A stretch of 64,000 nucleotides of DNA from Octopus sinensis. Its lineage: Eukaryota. The notes under the pieces are model-generated. The model was not told the origin of the DNA. It saw only the letters and a program-made list of their open reading frames with translations, and did no database searches. A program made the translations under genes and the position numbers. This document shows positions 63,881 to 64,000 of this stretch, one piece after another. Each line of letters begins with the position of its first letter. Position 1 is the stretch's first letter. The stretch spans positions 28,396,001-28,460,000 of the forward strand of contig NC_043005.1 of NCBI RefSeq assembly GCF_006345805.1, in the 5' to 3' direction.

Positions 63881-64000
63881 TCATTTTTATTATATTTGTT
63901 ATTATTGTCATTATTACTATGATAATTATCGTTATATAATTGAAGGAAGAGAATTGTCCCACACTGGTGAGGCTGATGTATTTAATGTTTCATTTGAAAT

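Overview
AT-rich, microsatellite-dense animal genomic DNA. The SINE/LINE repertoire looks like an octopus or other coleoid cephalopod (inferred from repeat style, not proven). Two protein-coding genes are supported, both on the + strand. The first is the 3' part of an uncharacterised large protein, with six coding exons at 277-11342, phase-0 introns and a Thr-rich tail. The second is a two-exon FAM98-family gene (17812-33755) whose ~14.9 kb intron appears to use a GC-AG donor. The rest is transposon-derived: RTE-clade LINEs with a PHD-like finger and repetitive 3' UTR, CR1/L2-like and RLE-type LINE fragments, three mariner relics, a hAT-type MITE, Helitron-like elements (one with a captured RTE fragment, duplicated in tandem), several SINE families and a decayed Penelope-like element. 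The most notable feature is 48851-51316, a near-identical 353-bp unit in tandem and inverted copies between (TA)n tracts. Each full unit carries an intact minimal type I hammerhead ribozyme (six copies in total), the architecture of a retrozyme or Penelope pLTR-derived self-cleaving, possibly circular, RNA. Coordinates were read by eye; exon and ribozyme positions are close to exact, while repeat ends are approximate.
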